A DNA stretch of 63,772 nt, counting the filler, from Stramenopiles sp. TOSAG23-2 (lineage: Eukaryota): NCBI GenBank assembly GCA_900128395.1. It is 9 parts of 9 records of this genome, joined end to end, with 100 filler letters (N's around TTAATTAATTAA, not from the genome) between each part and the next. Parts side by side here need not be neighbours in the genome. Positions count along the whole stretch, not along the records: positions 34,598 to 45,985 come from LT649937.1; positions 46,086 to 57,464 come from LT649938.1; 7 more parts are not named here. One strand, written 5' to 3'. The translations under genes and the position numbers were made by a program. This document shows positions 41,901 to 54,100 of this stretch, in pieces. Numbering within the stretch: the first letter of the stretch is position 1; each line of letters opens with the position of its first letter. The notes beneath the pieces are model-generated. The model did not search any database and had not been told where the DNA came from. It saw nothing but the letters and a program-made list of their open reading frames with translations.

Positions 41901-44900
41901 GGCGGAGATTGAGCGAATACGGAAAGAGCAACAAAAATTTGAAAAGGAAAAAAATATTGAGTTTGAACGCCAATTAAAGAGGCAAGAGGAAGAAATGAAA
42001 CGCCAAGAACGTGAGGCGGAGCGTGAATTAGAAAGGAAAAGAAAAGAACACGATGCGTTGATGGCACATGCGTTGACAAATGCGAGCGCCCAAATGGATA
42101 GACAATTAGCTGAAAATGAGAGAAAATTGGCCGAGGCAGAACGTATTGCTAATGAAAAAGCTAGGAAACATATGGAAGACGTAGAACGCATGAAACATGA
42201 ACATGAAGAATACTTAAGAAAGAAGCACGAAGGTACAGAAGCACGCTTAGAAGCGAGGGATAGGGAACTGAAGGAGAAGGAACAAGAGAAGAAAAGAGAA
42301 TTAGAGAAACGCCAACAAGAGCATGATGAACTAATGAAAGAGGCAAGCAAAACACATAGTGCTGCATTAAATAAAGCCTTGGAAGAAAATGAACGGAAAC
42401 TAAGGGAAGCACAAAAGGCTACTGATGAAAAACATGCAAAACACCAAGAAGAATTGAAGCGGCTTAAAAAAGAGCAGGAGAAATATTTACAGGAAAAGCA
42501 TAAGAAAAATGAAGCATTGATTGAAAAATTAAAACATGATCAAGTTTTACAAGTAGAAAAAGCAAAAAAGCAACATGCCATCACGATGAAATTCTTATCA
42601 AAAATGGAACAGAAAGGAAAAGAACGTACAAATATGGCAAAACGCTTAGGTGGCAAGTGGCGAAATATAACTGGCAAACGAAAAGAAGTCAATAAAGTCA
42701 AAGAAGAAGCGATGGCTAAGGTAAGGGCAGCTGAAGAGCATCAACAAAAAACGGCGGCTGCATTGAAGGCAAAGGAGGAGAAACTACGCCAAGAACTAGA
42801 ACGTGAGAAACAAAAAATGAATGCTGTGATGGAAGAAGAGGAAAGAAAACGTCGTGAGTTGGAAGAGAATCTATCAGCAGATAAAGCCAAATTGGAAAAG
42901 CTGCAGGAGGAGCATAAATCGAAGGCATCGACAAAATCATTCAATAATGTCATGTCTAAATGGGCTAATAGAAGCAAAGAGCGCAAAAAGGCATTGCAAT
43001 TGCAGAAGGAAAGGGAAGAGGCAGATCGCAAGTTAAAGAAAGAGGAGGCAGATAGAATAAAGGTGGAGAAGCAATTGAAAGCACAGGAAATGGCCATGAA
43101 AAATCAAGAAAGTACGTTAAAGGAGAAAGAGGAGGAGCATAGAAGATTCAAGGAGGAACAAGAAGCTAAATTAGCAGAAGCAAAGGACAAACAAAAGCAA
43201 TTAGAAGAGGAAACAAAGGAAAAAGCGCGGACGTTGGAAAGGCAGAAACGTTATGCAGAGGAAGAAAAAAAGAAACAAGAAGACAAATTCAAGAAAGAAC
43301 AAGAAGAATTGCAACAAAAATTAAAAAAGCAACAAAACGAAATGAGCAAAAAATTACAAGAACAACAAGCACAGCTGGAAAAGGAGAAGAAGAAAATGGA
43401 AGAAAACCTAAAGAAGCAAAAAGAAAAGATGAAACGTTTGGAGTTGGAAAGCAAGCGTAGCTCAAATAACTTAAAAAAGAGGATGGAGTTAGAAACTGAA
43501 CGGGAAAAAGAACTTGCTATGCAACAGGCATATGATAAATCAGAATTAGAAGCTGCTAAAAAGTTAAAAGTGGAGCATGAAGCCGCTGCAAAAAAATTAA
43601 AAGAAGACCATGATAAAGCAGCCATGTTGTTAAAGAAAGAACGAGAAGAAAAATTAAAATCTGTTGAAGAAAAAGAAGAATTATTGAAGAAGGAACGTGC
43701 GGAACACAAGCGTATGCAACAGGAAATGAAAGCTCAGTCGGAGAATGTATTGCAGGAAGAGAAAAAATTGGCTGCATTGGAAAGGAAGAAATCAAATCTT
43801 AGGGAATCAAAGTTAAAAGAAGAGTTGAAAGTTGTTAAAGAGAAAGCATTGAAAGCAAAGATGGGAAATTTGTTGGGAAACAAAATGGCTGGTCTCAAGA
43901 TGAAGAAAAATTCCTTGATACGCAAATTTGCAAGTAAATGGAAGAAAAAAAGTGATTTAAATAAAGCATTAAGTAAGGTAGAAAAAACATTACTTGCCGA
44001 GCGAGAAGCAGCGGAAGCAAAGGCATTGGCACATAAGAAATTACAATTAAAGTTAACGAAATTGGAAAAGGAGGTAAGCGAAAGCAAAAAGTTAATAGCT
44101 AAGAAGGAAACGGAATATAAAGAAAAATTAGAAACGTTGGAAAAATCACATCAAGAAAAAATAACCATCATGGAAAAACAGGCAGCGGAATTGAAAGTTT
44201 TGGCTGAAGAAGCTGAAGGTAAAAAAGGATCATTAGAAAGTGAAACAAAAGTCATGGTCAAACGTTTGGTAGACAAGGTGGAAGGAAAAAATGATTTATT
44301 GCATCGTGCTAGAATACGAGTAGCTAAACTAGAAGCTGAACGGAATGTATTAAAGAAAAAATTAGAGCAATATCGTTCCAGGGAAGCAATGATTGCCGAA
44401 GAAGCTGCAACGGAGGCAGAAAGACAGGTGATAGCATTGACAAAATTACGCAAACAAGTTGAAGAAGATAGTGAGCATATGGATAATTTAAATGCTTTGC
44501 AACGTAGCTTTGATCCAGATATACTTGTAATGACGCATAAAAAGAAATTAATGCAAGAACAGCAAATGCAATATTTAAATAGTGTACAGCAGCAGCAACA
44601 ACAACAACAACGTCAATCACCGTCACCAACGTTAGATATGCCACAAAGGCCAATCATTGATACATATTCATCGCCGGCTGGTAAAATGTTTGATACTTTC
44701 TTAGACGCAACAAATGAGGTTAGAAATAATATCAATCGTGCTGATACATTTGATATATTTTCAGGTGTACCAAGAGGTATGCCAAATAGTCCTTCGCAAC
44801 AAATTCAACATCAACAAAAAATGCAACAGATTCAAAATTTGAAACAACAATTGGAACAATTGCAACAACAAGGAATATCATCATCATCTTCTCGTCGTAA

Positions 44901-45369
44901 TTCACCAACTGCTAGTTTTGAAACAAAACTCGATAATTTCAATACAAATAATAATAATAATAATAATAATAATAGTAATAATGGTTCGATGGAAAATAAT
45001 ATTAATAATGTATACCCAACACAACGTCAACAAGAAGGTCATGAAAAAATGGCCTATTTAAATCGTTTACAAATGGAAGTGCAAAATGCTAGAAAAGAAG
45101 TGGATGCTGCTAAAGAGGCTATACGGATACAAAATGCACGTTATTCAAATCTAAGACCCGAAAATAATTTCAAAAAATTAAGTATGGGTGATCGACTTTT
45201 GCAACATAGAATGGAAGTTCCAATGGAAGGAATATTTAATAATACTGATGTGAACAGGTTACCATCCCGTCATGGTGGACAAACGAAAATTGCTAGTAGC
45301 GTATCTAAGAATAGAGTGCATATTACCAGGCAAGGCAGTGTTTACATAGATACAGATGACAACATTTAA
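38803..45369 (+). CDS. Giant coiled-coil protein (2,188 aa)
   Basis: Long E/K/Q/R-rich helical ORF with N-rich termini and three 91-aa internal repeats. Confidence 0.85.
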
Positions 45370-45619
45370 AAAGAGAGAAAGTATCATACGGTTCGTATAC
45401 AATATGATATGATATGATATATATACGCTTCGTACGTATTATAATATTATACCAAAATATACCAGGTATATTATATATTTTTAACCATCAAATATATATC
45501 ACATATACTCGTATATATATATATAAATATGTAACCACTTTTATATATAAAGGATAAAAATCGTCATATATATTATATTTATAATATAAACTTTTATATT
45601 TCACATTATTAATATTATC

Positions 45620-45826
45620 TCATGGTTTTTCTTTACCCTTATTGGCTGATGCTTCACGTCTTAATTCTTCGACTACTGTTGCTAATGCTTCAGGATTAAT
45701 CCCTTTCTCTGTCAAACTAACTAATATAGACAAGGTCTCCTTATCTAAACCAGTATCTAATATATTGGACATTTCATGTAATACATTTAACGTTTCCTTT
45801 ATTTCTGTTGAATTTGACGAAGACAT
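45620..45826 (-). CDS. MZT1: Mitotic-spindle organizing protein 1 (MOZART1/GIP)
   Basis: ETLNVLHEMSNILDTGLDKETLSILVSLTEKGINPEALATVVEELR. Confidence 0.93.
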   Translation of the reverse strand: MSSSNSTEIKETLNVLHEMSNILDTGLDKETLSILVSLTEKGINPEALATVVEELRREASANKGKEKP

Positions 45827-45985
45827 TATTTTTTTTTTTACAAACTAAAAGTTATACCTTTATATAATTCTAAACCAAAACAGATCAAAACACAATAATG
45901 CAAAAAAACAAAAAAAACGAAACGAAACGAATGAAATTATGTACGTTATTATTTTAATATGAATCTATTGATCTGTATATATATA

Positions 45986-46085
45986 NNNNNNNNNNNNNNN
46001 NNNNNNNNNNNNNNNNNNNNNNNNNNNNNTTAATTAATTAANNNNNNNNNNNNNNNNNNNNNNNNNNNNNNNNNNNNNNNNNNNN
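45986..46085. other. Artificial contig linker
   Basis: N44-TTAATTAATTAA-N44. Confidence 0.98.
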
Positions 46086-46697
46086 GAACAAAAAAAACGT
46101 ACTTTTGGTAATATTATATTTATAGCACTCCATCCAGGCACTCTTGCACAAACGTTATTAATACCGCGGCTATGAGATTTGCAACAATAATGCGTGTGCC
46201 CCTATTATGTACCTGCCTGCGTGGAGAGGGATGTGGATATATAATGATTAATATATATATCTTTATTCATATACTACCAACTACATTATACCTATATGTA
46301 CTATGTGTATACAGTATATATATTATAAAATAATAACACTGCACATAATTGAAATCATCAGCAATCAGCAGACGACCGCAGCATAAGCACAGTGTGCATA
46401 GTAATAGTATAGTGCTATAGTTTAGTATTATGAGTGGGGGGAGAAAACAAACAACAACACGCGAATTATTAATAATAATCAATCAAAAAGATTTGTTCGA
46501 ATTGAAAATATAATAGATAGATATACATACATAGACAGATATAGAAAGGAAGCCAGAGAGTAAGTTGCAATACTTTATATTGTACAACATTTATAATAAT
46601 ACCGTCGTGTGTGTGTGTTTTCATGATTATATAACCTGTATACTTTTGTTTTAGAAAAAGAAGGGGAAACAAGAACAAGCATTTTTTTTTTTTTACA

Positions 46698-47798
46698 ATG
46701 GCATCACATCTATCTGAATATGAAAAGAAACGTTTGGGTATGTTAATTATTTCTCTCCTTATCTATCTCTCTCACACACACACACACAGATCGTCTGTAA
46801 AAATAAACAGTGATTACTAACGTCAATATTATTTAATAGCAAATATTAAACGTAATAAAGCTGTGTTGAAAAAATTAGGTTTAGGTCCATCATTATCAAA
46901 AAGAAAACGTAATACTAATAATAATAATGTGCGAACACCATCAACGAAGAAGAAGAAAAAAGCAACACCTTTACGAAAAAAAGTGAAAAAAATACTATCA
47001 GTAAGAAAATCTTCACGATTATTAAAAGGTGTGAAAGTGGAAAACTATTTAAAAGAAAAAGTCATTGTAGATGATACCAAGACAAAAGAAGAAGTACAAA
47101 GGTACGTGGCAAAGAAAAAAAAGCAAACAACAGATGAGATTATGGAAAAATCACGTAATTGGTTAAAAGAAACAAAAAAATTATTAAAAATGAATCAAAT
47201 TAAAAGTGAAGTAGGTTCATCATCATCATCATCAAATAATGTGTTCAAAACACAAGCGATACAAAAATGGGGTGAAGGGGTATTATTATGCCCTGGTGCA
47301 TCATCGGATACGTTTGATTGGGAAACATATTATTTATCAAGACTATCAACACCGCCACCTACTAAATCTCCGCAACTATTACTTCAAGAATATTATAATG
47401 ATGATCCTTGGAAATTATTATGTGCATGTGCCTTGATGAGTCGTGTCTCGTCAGCAAAAACAAAAGAAAAAGCAATTAAATTATTTTTTGAACATTATCC
47501 TGACCCAACTTCATGTATTGATGCCAATCCAACATTAGTGCATCAATATATAGCTCCATTAGGATTGTTTGAAAATCGTTTTCGATCTATAGTTGAGATT
47601 AGTAGAAAATTTCTCTCCATCGGTCTTGTATTTAATGTAGGGCTAACACCTGAATTTAAAATTTATGGCATAGGTGAGTTTGGTGTTGATAGCTTTCAAT
47701 TGTTTTGTAGAGATGTTGTTGGGCTAGAAAATCCAAATTATACTGCAAAAGATAAAAATTTACAGCGGTACATATTTTGGAGAAAGAAGAATTTGTAA
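46698..47798 (+). CDS. MBD4-like HhH-GPD DNA glycosylase, no MBD domain; exons 46698-46737 and 46840-47798
   Basis: Spliced N-terminus MASHLSEYEKKRLANIKRNKAVLKKLGL. Glycosylase motifs LLQE...DPWKLL, PLGL, HhH IYGIGEFGVDSFQLFC and KDKNLQRYIFW. Confidence 0.85.
46738..46839 (+). other. 102-nt spliceosomal intron
   Basis: GTATGT donor, TACTAAC branch point (46815-46821), TAG acceptor. Removing it restores the frame. Confidence 0.9.
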
Positions 47799-48123
47799 AT
47801 TTGTAATAATTAACCGTATATGAAAACATGAAAAACACACACAGCACACAAAAGATACAAAAGACACATGAATCAAATTCCAAGTATGCATAGAAATTTT
47901 GCAGATTACAGAGGGGGGTTTGGATTATCTCTTGATTCTTGATAATCGGGGCACAAAATATTTTATGGATATGGGATATGGGGACGATTTATTTAAAGAA
48001 CACGCGAAATATATTGATGGTTAAATAATTTTAATTTTTTATACGAATAATAATTAAATATTAACTTTTTTTTTTTACTATATTTTTAATTTTTCCTAAA
48101 AACTTTTTTTTTATACACACTCT

Positions 48124-51100
48124 TTAGAAAAACAAATCAGCTCGCGGTGATAACACAAGTTTACGATCGGCAGCTTCATCTTTCGATACAGCACCGCCAG
48201 TACTTGTACTAGCACCTACTTTTGGCTCTTGGTCTTCACCCTTGGATCCAGTTTCAGCTGCAGCGACTTTTACTGGACCTTGAGCACCAGAAATACCACC
48301 GTCATTAGGGCTTTTGCCTAATCCAGTTGCACCAGAAGCATGGATTGGTTTAGGTACACTTCCACCAGTTGCTCCTAGTTCTTCTGGTACTTGTTGTGTC
48401 ACATTCTTTTTCTCAGCATCTATTATTTTCTTTTTGCGTTCTTGAACCATTTTACGAATGGTATCTACATTGGTTTTGTTATCTATTGCCTTGATTACTA
48501 CTGGTTGAACAGGCACAGCTCTTGCTTTTGTTTTCTCATCCCCTTGTCTGATCAATTCTTTTAAACCAGTTGTTTGAACTTCATCACTGCCTGTAACAGG
48601 TGCGGAACCATCACCTAATGTCACGGAACCATCTACATTTACTATTGGTGTTTTGCCATTTAATTCAATCGTTGATAATTTACCATCTTTCAAATCCGAA
48701 CAGCAATAAATACCAGTCTTTTTCTGGAAATTACAGTAACCACCTTCATTCGCTGTGCCACAACCTTCTCCTTTCATGGATGCAATAAAAACGTTGAAAC
48801 CAGATGCAGCGCCATATTTAGCCTTTCCAGCTTTTACTGGAACAGTTGATGTAAAACCACAAGCACATACATCGAAACCACCACTCATACTATTTCTAAC
48901 TTCCTCCTCAGAACATACATGTGCCTTCATGTTCACACCTTTGATTGGTGCACGACATTTAGCAGCAGCTTGAGCAAAGGTAAATTGACCTTTAGCATAC
49001 CAAATTGCTTTTTGAAGTGGCGAATCAACTTTTTCGTTATTGATACCTAATTTTTCCAATATAGCAAGTGGTGTTGAGCCGATTGGCAATAAATCTTTAG
49101 GATCTACACTGCTTTCAATTGCTTTTTCAATACCAACTTTCTCTGCTTCAAAGTCCTTTTCTTTCATGAATCTACGTGGTATTGGGCCAGCTCCATTTTT
49201 AAACGATGCAGATTTTGCAGATAAGAAAGCATCCAAAGCTAAGCGTGCATGTCTCGCTTTCTCTTCTGTTTTTTCAACTGCTATCGTTGTTTTATTAGCA
49301 TCATCTTGCAACGAGGCTACCAAGTCACAACGCTTAATTACCAACATTGCAGTTGCGTTTGCTCTTTCATTAGCACCGGAAACTACACTTGCATCTTCTG
49401 CTTGTGGACTTGCGCCATATTGTTTTACTTTTTCGTCATATTCTGCTTTTGCGCTATCCGCTTCTCTGCGTGCATATTTACATTCACTGAGGGCTTTTAC
49501 CAATTTTTCATTGATATGATACAATGACGATTTTGCTTTTGGTACTGCTAACAATGTTTTCACTAATACATTCTTCAATTCTTTAGTTTCTGGAGCATCA
49601 CGTGGATTGATTGCTACCACTTTAGGTAGGTCAACAACATTTTCTTTCTTCTCTTCCAATGGGAGTCCTTTCACTACAGAATCCATTCCAGCTGCTTTTA
49701 ATACAGCTTTAGTCTCCGTTACTTTGTCTCTTGCGGCATCTGCATTAGCACTTGCTACGTTAATTTTCTTTTGAAGATTATCAACTGCGGTTTTAGCTGC
49801 TTTTACACGATTGTCAGCATCAATAACAATGGCATCACCAAGACTTGGATCAGCACGGCTTTTTTGCATTGTTTGGGCATATACTAATTGCGCTGCTGCA
49901 AGTTCTTTGTTTAAGCGAGGTTTTTCGACAATTAAATTATTCAAATCATTTTCGATACGTTTGCGCATCTTAATAGCATACACTATTTGCTTTGGGGCTG
50001 GTGGTGGAGTATTTACTGCACCAGTTGCACCAGTAGCACCAGTAGCACCTGTGGATGCAACACCTACATTTAATTGACCTTGGTTGAATAATTTTTCAGC
50101 TTCTGCTTCTACTGCGCCAGTTGCACCAGTTCCGCCAGTTCCGCCAGTTCCACCAGTTCCGCCAGTAGATGCGCTACCAGTACGTCCCGTGACAGTTGGA
50201 ACCTTCTTCTTTTTTGGTTTCTTTGGAGCTTTGACCTTTTTCGAAGTTTTGTTAACGGCTTCAGTACTACCAGTTGCAGCAGTTGCTGATCTTTCCGTTT
50301 CTTCTACAAGTTTTGCAGCTTTCTTTTCTGCTTCTTTCTCTGCTGCTAATTCCTCATCAGATTTATCATTCTCTGCACGAGGTCCATCAATAGCTTCTTG
50401 TGCTAATTTTGCTGCTTTCGCTGCCTTGATCAATCGTTGTTTTTTCAACTCAACAGAAATACGGTGCTCACCTTCTGCGCTACCACCCGTTGCACTTTTA
50501 TTCAAACCGTCCACGGTTTCTTCAGCAACACTTTCATTCTTCGATGCTTCTAACATTTTCTTTTTTGCTTTTGCTTTTGCCATGACCTGTCTTGCTTCAA
50601 TTGCTGTTGCACTGTTACCTGTCATACCACTAGCAGCTGCGCCCGTGATAGCCTCAACATCCAATTTTGGTGCGGCATTTCCAGTTGCCTCCACGCCACC
50701 ATCAGCGCCAGTAGCACCACTTGCTGCTTGTCGCCTTGCTTCTGCTGCTGTTTCTGCATCTTTCTCTTCATCACGTTGTACATCCAATGCAGTTTCTTCT
50801 TGTGCCATAACCATTTCAAGGGCACGTGCACCACGTTCTTGATGTACGTAATCTGCTAATGTTTTTTCAGCAGCAACTCGGATTGCTTTTTGCCCAGCTT
50901 CAGCCATTGCGTATTTAGATTGAGCTGCTTTGATAGCTAATCCGATATCTTGTATGTCTTCTGTTACATTCGCAATTTCACTATGCAATGCGCTGACAGA
51001 TGCACGTCTATTAGCAACGTTACTTGTCAAATTCTTATCATCCGTATCGTTTGCTGTTTTCTTCAATGCCAGAGCTGCTCGTAATGCACCATCTGCAACT

Positions 51101-54100
51101 TGCAAATCACCTTTTAATTTTTCTAATTGGTGTTGAAGTTCGAATTTATTTACAACACGAGTTAGATATTGATAATGCGCATTTGCTTGTTTCAATACTG
51201 CAGCGGCTACCTTTTTGCTTTTCTTCGTCTCTTGCCATGCAATAATTGCATGCATGAATTTTCCTTTTGTCATTGGAACAGAAGCGTTTGCCGCTTTCAC
51301 GCGAAGTTTCGCTTTTTCAACTTCTTCTTTGCAATGTTCCTCCAACGATTTAAATTCACTTGGATTGTTTGCACCTCCACAACCATTTTCTAGATCCAAT
51401 TCACGCAAGTAAAGATTCTTCCCAGCAGCATCAACTTCTGCAAGTGCTTTAACCAAATCTTTTTTCACATTTCCAAAGTTTGTACCAGCTTGTTGTTCTC
51501 TTGCAGTACCATTTCTATCCCCGACTTGAGCTTGCTCGATAAATCTACCTGAAGCTGCTTTACGTTTCAAAGCCTTTTGATATGGTGTATCCGTACTCAA
51601 AATGCCAGCATCTGCTTCAATATCACCATGTGATTTTGCTTTACCAGCTTTCAATGGTGGTACGACAACTGCATGTTTTGGCTTTTTGTTCAACTTCTCC
51701 TCTGGTTCTACTGGCAATGGTGGCAAACCTTTTTGTGCCCGTTCATAATTAATTTGTGCAACACGTGCAACTTCATTTTGTGTTTTTTTAGCTAACAATT
51801 CGTAATCAACTTTTTTACTTTCGCTTACAACACCATTTTCACAATCATTTTTGCAACGTTTTTTCAAAGCTTTATTTTGTGCTGTAACAGCAGCATGTAC
51901 TTGCGGCGTAACAACATCAACTTGTGCAGCACTACCTTGTACTGAAGCATCATCTTTTCTCAATTGGATCAATTTTTTACGAATTGGTCTAATTTGAGAC
52001 GAAATTTTAGCCACAGTCACGTTGTCACCTTCTGCAATTGCTTTATGCATCGCAATTTCTAATTTACGCAAACTTGCTTCATCTTTTGAAATTAACTTTT
52101 GCAATCGAACAGTTTCTTGTTTGATCAAATGGTCATTCGTTCTTTGATTTTCATCTTTTGCAACGTCATCGATTTTATTTCCATCGGTTGCGTTCTTGGC
52201 ACCACCAGTCATCGATGGATCTTCGTTCGCTGCACCAGTCGCACCAGTCGCTCCAGTTGCAGATACAACTTGAGCAAGTTTGAAGTCGATCTTGACTTGC
52301 GTTACGTGTTTCAAACCACTACCTTTAAACATTGCTAGTAAATCATCTGGTTTTTTTAACTGCTCTTTGAACTTAGTATCAATGGAAGCTGCTACAGCTA
52401 CACTAGGTGCTGCAATTTCAAATTCAATGTCTATGCCTACAATTGATGCATTTCCTAATTGTAAAAATCCATCCATTGAAATGTAGGAATCAGATGACAA
52501 CTCAATGAACTCGTCTACTGCATCGTCAATACCTGATTTTGGACCTGTAGCTTCTTCACCATCTGCATCTTTGCCACCATTATTAGCATCCTCTTGCAAT
52601 GGATCTTTGTATGATAATATATTTACTTGAGTAACATCTACATCAGCAATTTCTGCGATTACATTACGAACTTGCAATTTTGCTTCCTCATCGAAAGATT
52701 CTGCGGAATATCCACCAAGTGTAAGAGATACTTTGGAACGTAAGCGTTTTGGGAAACGTTTCAATACGGAAATATGTTCTGCAGATGGTTTGTCATCTTC
52801 GTTCACGGTGTCCAATACAGATTTTGTACTTTTCTCCAACTCTTCTTGTTTCTTGATACCATCAACGTCTTTTGATTTGAGTGTATTCAAAGCTTCTTTT
52901 ACACGAGACAACTTCTCTTTCTCGCTTTGCTCTACTTGTTGAATATCAGCAACTTCATCTTTTTGTTGTTCTGCATCTGAAACGGCGCCAGGTGTGTTCT
53001 TATCTTGTGCCTCACGCATACGTTGTTTCAATGCTGTTGTGGCATCCTTTTCTTGTTGTTCCTCTTTTAGTAAACGTTTTGTTTCTGATTCGACAGCTGT
53101 TTTAATCGTAGTTTCAACTTTGCCAAGGGTTCTCTTTGCATTGATGGTATCCGCTTCTTTCTTTGCCATCGTATCTGTAGCTACATCAAGGCGTTTCTTA
53201 AGTTGTTTTTGTTCTTCCTTGTTACCCTCTTTTTGTGCTTTTTGGATTTGCAATTTAAGTAGCTTGGATTCGTCCTTTAATTTCGCAGCATTTTCCTTAT
53301 CAACGGTTTCCAATTTCTCTGCTTTTTCACCTTCTTTTTCAATCTGTTTCACTGTATCAACCATATCAGCAGATTCAACATCAATAGGCGCAACATCTTC
53401 ACCACCGGTGGAACCAGTGCTACCTGTCGCTCCAGTCATCATACTAGCAGTCAATGGAGATATCTCGGTTGGCAATTGTCCAGGTTTATCTGTACAACTA
53501 CCATCCTCCGTTTTTGGCTCGTAACATCTACCCAATGATTCACACCAAAGCATACCTTCATTTTTCCAATCGCAACCTTTTTTCAAGGATGAACTGATCA
53601 TAGCTTCTGTAACTGGATGGTTATTGCGTCTTTTTGGAATACCAAGCATGGCATCATCTAATACTTCAACTTTTTTATTCTTCTTTTGCAATGCCAATTC
53701 ATTAACAGCTGCTTTGTCTTTTAAGTTCATGGTGCGCTTTTCAATTGCTAATGCAGCTGCAAAGTCTGCACCCATGCCAGAGGCACCGGATACACCAGTG
53801 GAGGCAGCGCCAAATGCACCAGTTGCGCCAGTTGCGCCAGTAGAACCAGATGCACCAGAAATACCAGTCAATCCCGTCATTCCCGTCATTGCAGTTCCAC
53901 CAGTTCCGCCAGTCTCTTCATCATCATCCTCTTTATCGGGCATTTCCCCGAAACCAGAATCAGAATGATCAATAGCAGGGCCAACTCTTCTACCAGCTGG
54001 TTCAATGGTACCAGGTTCTTCCTTCATCAAATTTGGAACAGCTTTGCTACCTAAGATATCTCCAGTAGTCCTTAATACATCTGCATTAACACGCATGCCG

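Noticed and set aside
39234-44653. Long F/S/C-rich antisense ORFs (also 49040-57109)
   Set aside because: These are shadow frames of E/K/A-rich coding sequence on the opposite strand.
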